Under the pieces are notes generated by a model. It made no database searches, had not been told where the DNA came from, and worked only from the letters and a program-made list of their open reading frames with translations. A program made the translations under genes and the position numbers. A stretch of 57,384 nt of DNA, the filler included, from Sphacelaria rigidula (lineage: Eukaryota), in the NCBI GenBank assembly GCA_964200075.2. It is 6 parts of 6 records of this genome, joined end to end, with 100 filler letters (N's around TTAATTAATTAA, not from the genome) between each part and the next. Parts side by side here need not be neighbours in the genome. Positions count along the whole stretch, not along the records: positions 9,582 to 19,062 come from CAXNAA020008394.1; positions 19,163 to 28,643 come from CAXNAA020008395.1; 4 more parts are not named here. One strand, written 5' to 3'. The stretch's first letter is position 1. Every line of letters begins with the position of its first letter. Below are positions 13,401 through 26,200 of the stretch, piece by piece.

Positions 13401-16400
13401 ATGAGATGGACTGCTCTGTTGGCACCGAAATACTCTTGCGCGAGAGATTGAAAAGTCGGAATCGGGCGGGAAAAGAGGGTGACATTCAAAAGGGGCAAGA
13501 GGTCTTCAAAGTAGACTCATGGCTCTGCGTTTGAGGCTCCGGAAATATATTTCACCTGCCGCTTGACCGTGTGAGGAGCGTAGATCACCGGCATTTTTCT
13601 GGCGGAAAGAACCTTCATCCCAGCCTTTTCCATCTGCCTTGTGATCCAATCCAACGGGTACTCTCTGCGACAGGCATTGATGACAAGAGAACAATGCACG
13701 ACTAACTTGGTATTACAAGAAGACAAGTAGACAAAGCAGCGGCGCCAGTAAGATAACCCCTCCGGCAGAGACGAACGAAGCACACGAATAAAACAGAATA
13801 GAACACCACCGGTAGTCCGAAGGGTACAGCTTTCTACTACATGGATATGCCAACAAAATTAAAAAAGTGAAGCGACACGCCCACAACGTGCACCGCACCG
13901 GTAGGGTCGGTGTCCCGCCAGGAGTATACACGCGTCGCGGAGCCTTGCTGCCTCAGACACCAGCTCCGCCGGTCCACCTGAAGACACAAACGAACGGAAG
14001 AATGCTCACCCCCACACGAGCAACAACTCATTGGAGCTGGCCGGCAGAGACAGCCACCAGCTAGAGCAATGGTCAGTGCCGCCGGGAGTCCCTAGGCACG
14101 GGTAAAGACCTGTTCCCATGATGTCCAGGCATGTTGACTTCAACACCACAGGTATCACTTGTGAGAGGTCGGCCATGCGCTGATTTGCTGCGCCATAGGA
14201 ATTCAGCGGCGGCGGCGTGCCACCACAGGAAGAGTCCTTGCTTCCCAGAAAATGATCGCCGAATTGATTGGCTTTCGAGATATAGTACCCTGAGGCTTGA
14301 AACGCAATGTCCAGAATTCGCTCAGGCTGCCACTGCATGCCGCCAACACAACTCAATACAAAAGAAGCATCCCCTTTGAGAATCGAGACATGTACTTCAA
14401 TAAAAAGCTAGACGACGTCATTCGTAGGGGGAAGATCCCCGGTGGATTACCAAGGCCGGCCCGCCAGGGAAGAGAGCACAACCTGCTACAACGTACTCAT
14501 AAAACACAAAGCAGCAAAAGGTTCCGGGGTTGCAGCCTAGTCCGTCGGAACAGCGAGCGCTAAATGCGGAAGCCTACGCTACACCTTGATCATCCATACG
14601 ACACAGGCAGTGAAGGGTTAGCGTTTGGCGACATAAACCAACTCTGACGCAACATCCAGGTAACCCTGTAACAACTGCTGGGGCAGAAACGATACGACAT
14701 AGGTCGGAAGCTCCCCAAACATACGTGAACTCTTGCAGAGACCGCGGGTTCAAGCGCACCTGGGTGATCTGGCAAGGGCTGCATGCCCACCAAGTAGACC
14801 CGCCCCCCCGGCGCCACATGTCTCTTGAGACGCTCGAACACTTGGTCCTGGTGGACACATGGAGGGGCAATCAGCGGTCGAGAGGTACAGAGGAACGGAT
14901 CGGCTTATCCACGACAGAGGTCAGGGTGACAATGGAATGACATCAGTTCACCACTATTCCAGAGAGGCAAGAAGAACGATCATTGACAGATGGCGACGTG
15001 TGAAACGAAAACGAGCGGCACAGACGGCAAGACTGGGCGGGGGCGGTAGACGGATACATGGCATACCGATGTTGTCAATTAATTCATAAGAACGACACAC
15101 TTGACTCGTAAACTTAACGCCTCAGATTTGATGCTACCACCACGCACCACAGAGCAGCGCACAACACAGCAGAACAAGGCAACCAACAGATTGACGTCAG
15201 GGCGTCATCCTGGAACAAGCTAGAGAAGGACCGATACTTCTGCGCCGACTCATTTAGCATGAGAGGAAGTTTCCCTCGCCTCTTGTGTGTTTGCTCAGCC
15301 AGCTACGCTGTCCGTGTTTGCCTGTTCGGCACGGAACTCCACAGCGCTTAGACTACACGTTCCGCACGGCACGTGTGAAACGCCGAAACTTCAATTCAGC
15401 GCGGAATTCGATCAAGTGTCAAGTGTTGAAACCGCTTCGCCTGCATTGGACGGCAGCTTTTCACCTGGAAATAAGGGGCGAATCCGTCGATCGCTCCGAC
15501 CAGGTAGTCCGCCAGCACGGTGTCGAAAACCCGGTCCTTCAAGAAGTTCTCGTCTCGCCAGTTGCCGATGACCATCTCGTCTGGCGCCTTCACCTCGAAG
15601 CCAATCTGTTCACAAGACGGCGAACCACCAACAAAGGGACAACAGGAGAGGAGTGCAAACAAGGAGGAACGCGAAACGAACCGAATCAATCTAACAGTGG
15701 GGGGAAGGGCAAGAGACGCGGGGAACGATGGGGGTCACGGACAAAGACACATAGAGAGAGAAAGGGGGGGGGGGGGGGCAGGAGAGCAGCAGAAAGTTCT
15801 CGTCAAATTGACGGACTGTGGTGGTCATCGGAACGGTACTTAGAATTCTTCTGTAGTAATTTGATTGTCACACTTTAACTGATCCCCCAGGGGTCCAGCC
15901 GTGGTCCCATGTAAACACCGGAAGTTTAGCTTGCGAATGGCCGCCGTGGCTTACTGAAGATGCCCATCACGATCAATGAGGAACTACCTCCGTTGTGCGA
16001 TTATCTTCACCTCACGGGTGGCGCACGGAGGAACGGTTTGACTATTTTCAGGGGATACGCACACCGATCGACACACCCACAGAATGACGCCAAAAGCACG
16101 CAAGGAGTCACGCGTACACAAGATACGCACGACGCACGTGGCACACACAAACCACATACTGAACTCCTACACACCCATGTAAAATTACTCCACCATTTGA
16201 GGGTATCGCGCATGACGTGGGCCCATCCCACTCTTTGCCCTTGAGGATTTTGTATCTGCATGGAAACATGAACGCAGTAGCGGAGCACACATTAACTATG
16301 AGCATAGCACCCCAACGAACGGCATGACGCACAAAAACGGTCACTCGCCTCTTTGCGGGTCTGCTCGGCGAACAGCGAGTCAGCTGTGACGGCGGAAAAG

Positions 16401-17308
16401 CTCTCGGTATCCAGCGTGTTTATCCACTTCAAAGAGTGCGCCCCGGTTCCTGCGTCAAGAAATTTCCCCCTGCACATGGACAGCAGCAATAACACCGGCA
16501 TTATGTCCAACCAACATGTAGTGCACTCCACGCGTCCAACTATGAAACGCAGCTGGGTGACCCGCACTAACTTTAACGCTGTCAGAGTGATTCCGCGGTG
16601 CTCATCGAAGACGTGGCTTGTTCATGTGAAAATCGGTGTCAACGTGGACATGCACAGCAGCAGCGGCACGACCAATTTTGATTTCAACGGCCACACATGA
16701 AACGTCGCGCTTGTGAAACGGGAAATACATCTGCTCTGGCATGCCCTGTGAACGAGCAGCCTACCATTGTGGATCAGACGACCAACCCGTGCATCCAGGA
16801 TTTTTCTCCTGTGGGGTTTACTCGCCCTAGCTAGCACCAGTCGTAATCGCTCTTGTGGATGTTGTGTGTACGTCAAAACTCTTGCTGCTAGCCGTACAAG
16901 TTCGAGTCTACAGTAGTCCTGCTTAAACTTTGGCGGTGGTCATTTCCGCTTAAACCAACAATTTAGCCGGCACTCGTGTGTTGATGTATCCTATCCTCGC
17001 AAAAACTGTCCTAGAAAAATTGGTTTTCCGCAGTTATTTGCCCCTGAGCCCTCCGGCCGCGAAAAACGACTCCTTCCGATAAACATTCAAGCGTGAGACG
17101 CTTCATTTGCTGGAGCCGACGCCCCGATTCCCTTTGCGTGAACCGTCCGCCATCGCAGTTTACGTTCTTGACCGCTTACAAGGATGTCGCCTGTTATGAG
17201 TGCACCGTACAGCTTGTAGGGGTCAGGCACATCCTGTACGCACCATGGTTTCTTCGCCTGCATTCCCTCGATCGCTCGAAACAGAGCATCTTCCGTTACC
17301 GACGACAT
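10464..17308 (-). CDS. Class I SAM-dependent methyltransferase, complete 8-exon gene, 303 aa
   Basis: Exons 17308-17244, 16469-16349, 15605-15465, 14847-14760, 13977-13899, 13664-13556, 13198-13071 and 10644-10464 join in consistent phase (912 nt, ATG to TGA). Protein: MSSVTEDALFRAIEGMQAKKPWGKFLDAGTGAHSLKW...VIGNWRDENFLKDRVFDTVLADYLVGAIDGFAPYFQDQVFERLKRHVAPGGRVYLVGMQP...RLRDACILLAGHRPYREYPLDW...GRIEVGFDYVVCAE... It shows motif I (FLDAGTG), FDTVLADY and L..PGG.VY. All acceptors are CAG; six GT donors and one GC donor. Confidence 0.92.
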
Positions 17309-18377
17309 ACGGAATTTTGCGGCCACACCGCCCAACAACGCCAACTTCAGCTTCAACGTCTGCTGGTGGCGGCGGCGGCAGCGGTGAAAGCGGTGGAAGC
17401 GGTGTTGGAGGTTACAGCAGCACTTGCTGCAGACACTGTAGAAGGCACACGGGGGGAAGATCAATACCGCAATAGTTTCAGAAAACTACGCACGGGATTG
17501 CCAGAAACGATGGTGACTGCGGTGGGAAATCAACTCTATTAGGGTGATACGGGCGTGAGAGAGGGGGGGGGCGTGCGGAGATACTGTAAAGGAGAGCAAT
17601 AAGTCGGCATGATAAGGCTGTACTGCGGAGGAACACGTTGATTACAACCAGAAACTATCATAACGTCTTTACATTCTTTCACTTCCGGTTGGAGTTTTGG
17701 CAAGTGACCGTTTGCGCAAGTTGAAGACCTACGGAATGGTAAAAGTGGGCTAGAGTCTGCTCAATGAAGTGAGGGCAATATATCCTGTTTTCGGGTGAAA
17801 CAATGCTGCCAGTTGTTCCGAACAACAAACTCCAATCGAAAAGAAGGCAATCTCCGGAAGGTGTGGCATCACCAGGCCACATGTGATGGCCACAGGGCGA
17901 AGGCTTAAGCTTCAGTGTTTTAATTTTGCCCATGGGAGAAAGGATGAAGTTAAAAAAAAACGTCCTGCAGGCCACTCGGATATTTGCAAAAAAAAAAAAA
18001 TAGAAAGAGTTTCCATGCTCACAAGGGGCTACGAGCTGGGCCAACCAAGAGTAGGTATGAATCTCGCTCAGGCGACGCACGGCGCGATATTAGGAGTTGG
18101 ACGCTGAGATTATGACAGCAGCTTTTCATGATCGAAATGCAGAATATCACGTGACCAGCAAAGAAAGAAAGAAAGAAAAGAAAAAAGTTATGGGCGTTTG
18201 AAATTTCAGCAAAAACAAGATAATGTCATAAGTCCAGGAAAAAGAGGAGAATCTTCAGCTGGACACATGAAGTATCAATTAATTGGGTGCAGAAGGTCTT
18301 CCTGAAATTTCAGCTCAAGNNNNNNNNNNTCGAATTGGGCCGTGCGTTCAACATTTCCCGTGACGCTGCTGCACCCC

Positions 18378-18450
18378 TATAAATCAAGTGATGAGAGACT
18401 CCAATTATGGAGGTCATGAGTTCGAATCCCGACAGATTCTCTTTTTTTTT
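18378..18450 (+). other. tRNA-like relic (B-box followed by a T-run), probably a SINE head or pseudo-tRNA
   Basis: ctcca-atta-tggag stem, then GAGTTCGAATCCC, then a T tract. No clear acceptor stem or D arm. Confidence 0.35.
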
Positions 18451-19062
18451 CAAGTCCGTCGTTAAGGTTATACATTATGCAGTACATGTTTTTCAACTTT
18501 TTTCTTCATTCAACGGCGGTGCCGGGTGTCACCAGGTTGGTCTACACTTCACAGTGATATGCTTAGATCGGGTTCATTCGGGAAACTGGGGAAGCTGTGG
18601 TGTGAGCAAGTTTCAGCGGCTTTTAAGCTGGCCCAGCTCGTATCTTATCTCTGAGTTTCGGCACATACCTCCCCCTCCCTCCTGAGTTCTTGTTTCGGGG
18701 GGACGAGAGCTGAAAAAAAAAAAAGTTCTGCGTTTGCCCATAAGCAAATGGAAAAGCACTCTGACTGCCTATGGAGGCAACTGTATCAGCTGCAGGAGGA
18801 ACGTGATGCAGGTCGACGATCATGAAATTACATGTTTTTCTACCGCCGTTCTACGGGAATGTGCGATTGCCGTCAGGCGCCTCTCATCAGATCTGCAACT
18901 TCGTCAATATTCTTCTAGTTCTCATTTGCCAGATGTATTCGCTTTCTCTGACCTGCGGTCAAGTCTTGTGAATATCTCAAGACTGCGTACATCATTTCCC
19001 TCGACTACAAGCCGATGAAGGCCTGAGAGCCAGTGCAGACCCATGATGGCAATATGGGGGGG

Positions 19063-19162
19063 NNNNNNNNNNNNNNNNNNNNNNNNNNNNNNNNNNNNNN
19101 NNNNNNTTAATTAATTAANNNNNNNNNNNNNNNNNNNNNNNNNNNNNNNNNNNNNNNNNNNN
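19063..19162. other. Artificial contig linker
   Basis: Same 100-nt N/TTAATTAATTAA/N structure. Confidence 0.98.
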
Positions 19163-19800
19163 TCTTTCCTTTTCCTTTTTTTTTTTTTTTTGTTTTTACG
19201 ATGCCAGAGGCGGAAGCCACCAACGGTGAGTCTTTTTTTTTTTTTTCCATTTGTGTTGTCAGCTGTGCTCTGCTGTAATTCTTTTGAGATTCTCTTCTTG
19301 TAGTCTGCAATGGTTTTGCTTGCGTTCTTTTCATGCGAGTATCGTGCGTTCCGCTCGCCACCTTTCAAAGTTCACCTCTGTCGATTTTCCTCTGTTGCGG
19401 ACATCCGATGAGGTTGGCAGTGACGTTGGTAACTTGTGAGCTCATAGGAGGGTGCGGCGTCCAGCATCAAAATTGAATCATGGCGAGAAGCGATGTGTAG
19501 GTTGTCGCTACATCCGAATAATGATGGAGTTGTGGCTCCGCAAATGGAGGAATTTTCAAAGTGAGATATTTTCCCACCAGTAAGCTAGCTATTTCTCGCG
19601 CCGACCGAAACACATGACGGTGCGTGGTTGCTCCATGTTTCACGTTGAGATGCCGTGACTGACTTTCATGTCGATTTTCCCGATGTCGATGTTTGTCCTC
19701 TCAGGAGCAGCCCAGAAATGTGTCAGTCTCCGCCAGTGAAACGTGCACCATCTTCGTCGCCTTGATCCGACAGAATTTCGCTGGTGAGCAAGAATATTAA
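19163..19800 (-). mobile_element. Possible 3' end of a decayed non-LTR retrotransposon with A-rich tail
   Basis: Minus strand gives a stop-interrupted coding-like tract (SRHLNVKHGATTHRHVFRSAREIASLLVGKYLTLKIPPF) ending in two long A runs. No diagnostic RT motif seen. Confidence 0.25.
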
Positions 19801-20284
19801 CGTATATGCCGTACTGCTATTGGATAGAAGACGTATTCCGAGCAACGTTTTGCGCATATTTCAACTGTGATTCTCTCGCCTTCCCCCCCCACCTCCCCTT
19901 TTATGGAACATAACGCAATCGTCAACCCCCCAGTTTTCTGGCATAATCTTCGTACATGAACACATGGCCGTCACTCGTCGCAGGACTGTTCTTCCGGGGG
20001 AGAAGTTGGGGGAAATTGCGCGTGTATTTTTCATATATACAAGCCGCACGGGACGGGGGGCTGCGCCCCGGACTTGAACACTAAAATCAGTAATAAATCT
20101 CGTGGACGCCCATAACAAAGTGCGCTTCACGCTCGTGAGTTCGAAATATTCTACATTTATACAATATGTGTGAATTCGTTTCTTTCTTCAGGTACTTTCG
20201 CCCGTTTCCCTCTCGTCGCTTTTCACCTTTAATTCGTTCCGGGTGGTTGTCGCAGCTGAGTTCCAATTTTTCGACTCACCGCCT

Positions 20285-23200
20285 ATGAATGTGCTTCATT
20301 TCCGAACCGTGTCCACCCTTCGCCGCGTGTGTTTGCTGTTTTTTCTGTTGTCGTGGATCGGCAACGGAAACTTGTTCGACGACAATGACCACCACACCGG
20401 CGTGGCATGAAAACAAAACAGGCTGCGTGACGGCAGCCGTTGTTGCACCCACTCGACCTATGGATGGATCGCCTTCTTTCAAGGAGGGGCCGCGCTATAG
20501 TGGCGCTGGAAAATTGCCGCGTGAGAAATACAGACGAGAGCAATAGAAGTGAATCTTCAGTAACGAAAAATAGTGGAACGCATTTCTTCGGAATATGTCC
20601 TCACATATATTTTGTGAACAGCGATGAGACACCAATCGACGCTGACGGAAATACCCTTCTCTGTACCTGATGATCTCGACATTGTTTCCCTTATTATTGG
20701 GCTTCGCGCGTTTCTTGATGAGAGGTTTGTAAAGGTATTCGTTTGTGCCGCCTAGTGGTGAGGATGTCGGTGCACGTCTTCCCCACGTCTCTTTTAGTAT
20801 GTTGAAGCGTCAATCTTGACTTCACAGCAAAAGGCTTGTTCATGAGTCGTGGCCTCAGCCAGCTGGCATTGAAGCAGCTCTCTGGTTTCCCCCCCTGTTT
20901 TAGGACATTTGTTCCGTCCTCTCAGTGTTTGGAACCAGGAGTTGAACCCAGTGCCTCCTTATCAGGAAGCAGACAGAGTCATCTCATGGGGTCGCCAAAG
21001 TGGAAGGGTAGTGAGCCCTTGCCGGCCACTTGTGGGAAGTAGTGGTATCCACGTATGTGAACTCGTATATATGGTTTGAAGTGCAGTCCGCCTGCGTTGT
21101 CACGGCGTGTTGAAAGATATGAAACAACCCACAAAGCGTCCACGATTGACGCGTGCATCTGTCTGCCGGTCGTTCGAGTCTGCCCAAGTTTCTGGTATTG
21201 GTGTCCCCTGGCATTGCAATCACGAAGCAACCACGGTGACTGGTGGAAACTATGTCGATTTGTTGCACACCCAACCTTTTCGCTACTCGTGCGGTGTGCT
21301 TCGTATGATGTTCTCCCCCTTTACCCTTCACAGCACTCGAGGAGGAAAAGGATCCGGAGACGCCCGGAAGCGATCTCGTCCCTGTGAAGTCGCGCCGGCC
21401 CTCACGAGTCAGGCGTTTTACCATCTCTAGAGAGGGCAGTAACAACAGCTGGTACGTGTACGGATTTGATACAACGGGAGGTGGGAAGGAACAAGCGAAA
21501 GCACGAGCGCTTTATTGAAATACGGGAGATTGGATCAGCGTTGCTCCAACATGAAAGGAAAACGGCACATGAAATATTTCGAGTAGCCCGAAGAAGATAA
21601 TCTATTCGTGGCTCCGATCTTAGTCAGCTCCCACAGAGGGTGCGCTACAGTGTGGTGTTGAGTGGATACCGGTGCTGCGTGCGTGTAAGCGTTTGCGAAA
21701 CTTTTCCCTCATTGAAACGCACAGCAAGACAACAAACAGGGTGGAGGAGGGTTACTGTCTTCATTTCTCCACTCCCCTTCATGCGATTGCCTGTGCTAAT
21801 CGAGACTCGAGCCAATGTTTCGGGCCCAGATGTGCAGCTGTCCTTGTTTCGCCCGAAATAAATCACGTTGCATCGCCTTCCTTTTTCCCTCTCCCACGTA
21901 ACTCGTGCCTCCCAATTGTACCCTTTGACGATATTGCAATGATGATGACAAAAACAGGCGGATGCCCTCCATCAAACCCTCGAGCACCAGCCCTCCCGCT
22001 AACAGCTACAACCCAGATGATCGCCCGTGGAACACCAAAGAAAGCTTCAACAACAACGATATCTACAACCCGAAGGCGGATGGCCGCATCATGTACGTGC
22101 TTGGAGCGAGGGTGCTCGAGTTTCCCCTGAAGTCGTAGCAACTCGTTTTCCATACTTACATGTTGTCAGTGCGAGTCCGGGGTCGGTGAGACGCATAGGT
22201 TCATGGGCAGTAGACTGACGTGTCCCAGAAGTCAAAATAAACTAAGAATATTTTCTGTTTTCGTGCAATGTTTTTTGGGGGAAAGGCGCCACAAATACAG
22301 CACACCTGGCTTATAATAATGCTTCCACTACGCGCAATTGCGGCTTGAAGCCGCAGGGAGGTGTTGATGCGGCAATTTCGGCGACCGAAGGTGTTTCCGT
22401 GCGCTGCGCGACTCGAAAGGATGATTATGCACAATGCTGCGGTAATGCCGAACATCACTTTCTAATGGCAATTGCAGAGGATGACGATATGAAATCCGCG
22501 CGGAAGCAGGAGCAGATATTGCCAATATATATTTTTTCTTCGACCGCTTGTAGGGACATGGCCGCCAGTTTATGTTTCCCATAGCTTGAAGGGAGATGCC
22601 CTTGGCTTCTATACGCGCCGTGTCGAGCAAGGCACGTCCGTACAGCCGAGCCGTACACAACAGTGTCTTGTGACAAAGACAACTTTGGGGCTATTCGGGG
22701 AGGGGGCAACGTCTCATTCCAGACAGTGCCAGACTCCTATTGCCGGGTACCACGATGGTCCCACGACGACAAGGGTGGTTGCTCTAGTATTCTTTTGGCA
22801 CAATCAACCGGAAATTCGTTCTGCAAGCACTCCCACGTCCTCTTTATCACTTTGCCGCAATTCATCTCGTGTATCAAGTACTTCTTTCCTCCGCAGTGAG
22901 ATGCATCCTTTCCCATTCGGCTGCCTCAGCCTGTGCAGAGGTCTGTAGCTTCACCTTGCCGTGCTGATGTGCTCTTCCAGCGACGACTGCCCCTCTAGCC
23001 TCTGCATGTTTTGTAGGCCTTGGGGCATGACCGTCTTCAATGGACGCCGCGGATGGTGAACTATAATCGACGCGAAGTGCCTCCATAATATTAAGAAGGA
23101 ACAACACTGCGTAAGCGCTTATTTTCTGTCGGAGGAACAAGCCATGTGAAGTGTAGTATATTTTCACCCCCGCCGCTCCCTCCCACTAATGCCCCCCCCC

Positions 23201-26200
23201 ACCCACCCCCCCTGCATTTTGAGATACATCTACGCGTGAATCATGCGGCCGTTCATGTAGTCATTCGTCGATGTGAATGATAAATCGCATCTGTGTCTAC
23301 TGTACAGACGCCAACGGCGATTATGTTTCACGATGACCAGAGATCGAAGAGTAGTGCAACATGATCCTAAGCGGTATGTTACAACGTCGTCCGCGTGGTG
23401 AAACGTTTATTTGCATGTCCACAACTTGGGCACTCCGTGCCTGATTCCGCTCGGTTCGCCTTTCCGAGCCGTTGACCATAACTATGAATCCCCCCCCCCC
23501 ACGCTGCCGTCAGATATGCTCTGCGGAACGCTGTCGGGGTACCTCCGAGGGCTACGCGAGTAGCCCCACGGTACATGGAAGATAGCTCGGTCGAGAGCTC
23601 CATAGAGAGTCCGGCGGCCAGGTGTGTTCAAAAACTGGTCTTGAGCTTCCGGCGGAGATGCCATCCACAAGTATCATGAGAACGTTGAACAAGGTTTTCG
23701 TGAGATTTAGAGTTGGGTGCAGATTGAGAGTGGTTTTGATCATTTGCTTTAACTTGGCCAATTTTCCATCCGTGTGTACTTTTCGACTGCCATGTGCTTA
23801 CAGCTACACGTTAATATCCCACTCGGGGGTATCGAGGGCCTCAGTGGCAGGCTACTACAGAGAGAATATTGGGTTTGGTGGAGGCGCATTTCGGAACTGA
23901 AACGGCTTGTTCACTAATTGATCGCTCTTCACACTCAATTGTACCTTCAACTCTCAATTTCACGAAAATGTTGTTGATGGCACCTCCCAATTCATGTGTA
24001 ACGTATACACTATCTCGTTACAATCGATCTCCGATAGGGAATTGCATCCCGCGTCTGAAACCGTGAACAATAAGCGGTAGGGGGGGTAGTACAAGTGGCC
24101 GACAGCCAGGCACGGGTGAGGCCCTAAGTTCGTTCAGCTTGACACCGAGAGCGGTAGATGGGATTTTTCGCCGAACCAGAGTGACGAGGGCCGGATATCC
24201 CTCCAACCCCTTCATCCCTGTATGCTGGTTCCTGACTGGTGCTGCTTTTCGCCTCTTTTCGGTGGTGGATCGTGCGTGTAACTGGGAGTACTGTCGCCCG
24301 GACACTGTCGACTCTGCGATGTACGATTACGTCAGTCAGTCTTGGCCATGTTATTGAGAGCCTTGACTGCACCCGGGGTTGTGTCCTTGAAAATGTTTCT
24401 CCGTCGACGAAAGGATATTGACCGAACAAATGTCGACGAGTTTTGGTAGTGTGTTTCTTCACTTGGCGACTGCACGCGTGACAAGTATCCATTCTACCCA
24501 CCTTGTTTGTCTTGTTTGCGCACGTCAGGGAACACGGATCTTCTGTGCTTCGACGTCTTCCTTCCAGGCGTGGCAACAATCCGACTTCCGGTCAAAGATG
24601 ATTTTGAAAAAAACGAACTCGCGACCTGCGTATTTTGCAGTCCTGCATGTCAATTTTTGTTTTTGGATTTGACGGTGAGAAGAAAACGAGGGAGAGAAGA
24701 GAAAATAAGATGAAATGCAGAGAGAGATATATGGCGAACTGAGTGAGGTCGGCCTCAAGCGAAGGAAGTGAGGGATGGGAGACCATACGATTATTTTTTG
24801 CTGCTCTTGAGATGTCAAAACACGTTCCAACACGATTATATTACTTTCGATTTATTCGTAGAAGAGAGGTGAGGGGCCAGTTGGCATATGGGATGGACAT
24901 TGGAGAGATCTAATCTCGTTTGGACGTGTTTATGGTGGGAGGCGGTGTTCTTTTCGTTCGTCGAATGTTCCTTTGAAACCCTCAGACTGCAGTGTGAATT
25001 ATTGATTACGATGCTTGTTCTCACACGTGGTAGTTTTATTTATTTTTACAAATCTTCCTGTGTATGAGTAAGGAAGCAAATAAAATGTCTTTACCTCAAA
25101 CGAAACCCGCTTCGCGGTCAACGAGACATGTAGGGCAAGCGGTTGCTGTCGGGCAAGGGACTGTGTGCTCTTCTGGACGTTTGTTGTGGCACAATTGTTG
25201 TGAAGTTTTGCTATAGATTTTTCCAAAGTTACCGGGGAAGAGGAGCTGAGGAGGATTGGGGGCAGGAGAGAGGTGGAGTGGCGCTGTAGAATTCCGCCCG
25301 ATGCGTACTTTACAGGTTTTTGAAGTGCGATTATTATGTGCATAACTGTGCTATAGTTTCGTTTGAGTCTGTCGTACAGTCTTGTTATGATGGGTTTGGC
25401 TCTTACTCTATTATAATGTGATTTGAGTTTGTTTTGATTTTTGCACCATTGGATCGATGTATAAAGGCCGTGAAGTCACTCGCAATTAGTCCTGCGGTAC
25501 AAAGATGACGCGTCACGTGTCGCCCCCGGCAAGTGCATATGAAGCAAAGGACAACGTGGGAATGAATGAATGTGTAGTATATCATGTGAAGATCAAATCG
25601 AAACGTGAAGAAGTTGTCCCAAGTGTGCGTTTATTGTTAGTCTGTAGTCCTTTGGAGTGCACGGTTCATATGCCACATAATTTTACTCTATTTTCACGTT
25701 TTGTCATTTGTGTTCGCAGATGTTTTGCTTGGTCTGGAGGTCGGGCGAGGTGGCATGTCTCTGTTTCATTTCTTGGTACAGGGAGTGGAACTTGTGTGGA
25801 ATTTAGACGGGGGGGTTACTTTAGTTTCATTCTCCTTGTTCAAACGTTACAGCCAAAAGTATCACGGGTGGTCGCCGCTATCTTTGTTACATTGTCCTGT
25901 GCATGTGATCCGCTCTCATGGTGCTCGTGGTGAGGGTGTTCGTGATTTGGTCTGTCGTGTCCATTGATCTGGCGTGTTTTTTTCCGACCTGACTCTATGC
26001 GCCTGCGCCGTTCTGGTGGTGAAAGACATCAGATGCGGTAGTGCGTGGGGCCAGCTGTGAAATGTATGTCCGCGTTTTCCGTTTTGCGTTTTTGAGGTCC
26101 AAGGCCACACTTCCCCTGCCGTTGCGGGCAACTAAGGGATAGGTAAAAGACGAGGGACAGGTACCGCCGAAGCTTCCGCACCCTGAGGGAGTGGCTGACG

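Noticed and set aside
17087..17464. 125-aa ORF as a standalone gene
   Set aside because: Only 17308-17244 is exon 1 of the methyltransferase; the rest is upstream sequence and intron.
24720..24910. DOT1 histone methyltransferase gene
   Set aside because: Only YGEL and an out-of-frame AYGMDIG are visible; the DxGSGxG motif is missing, so it is not called as a feature.
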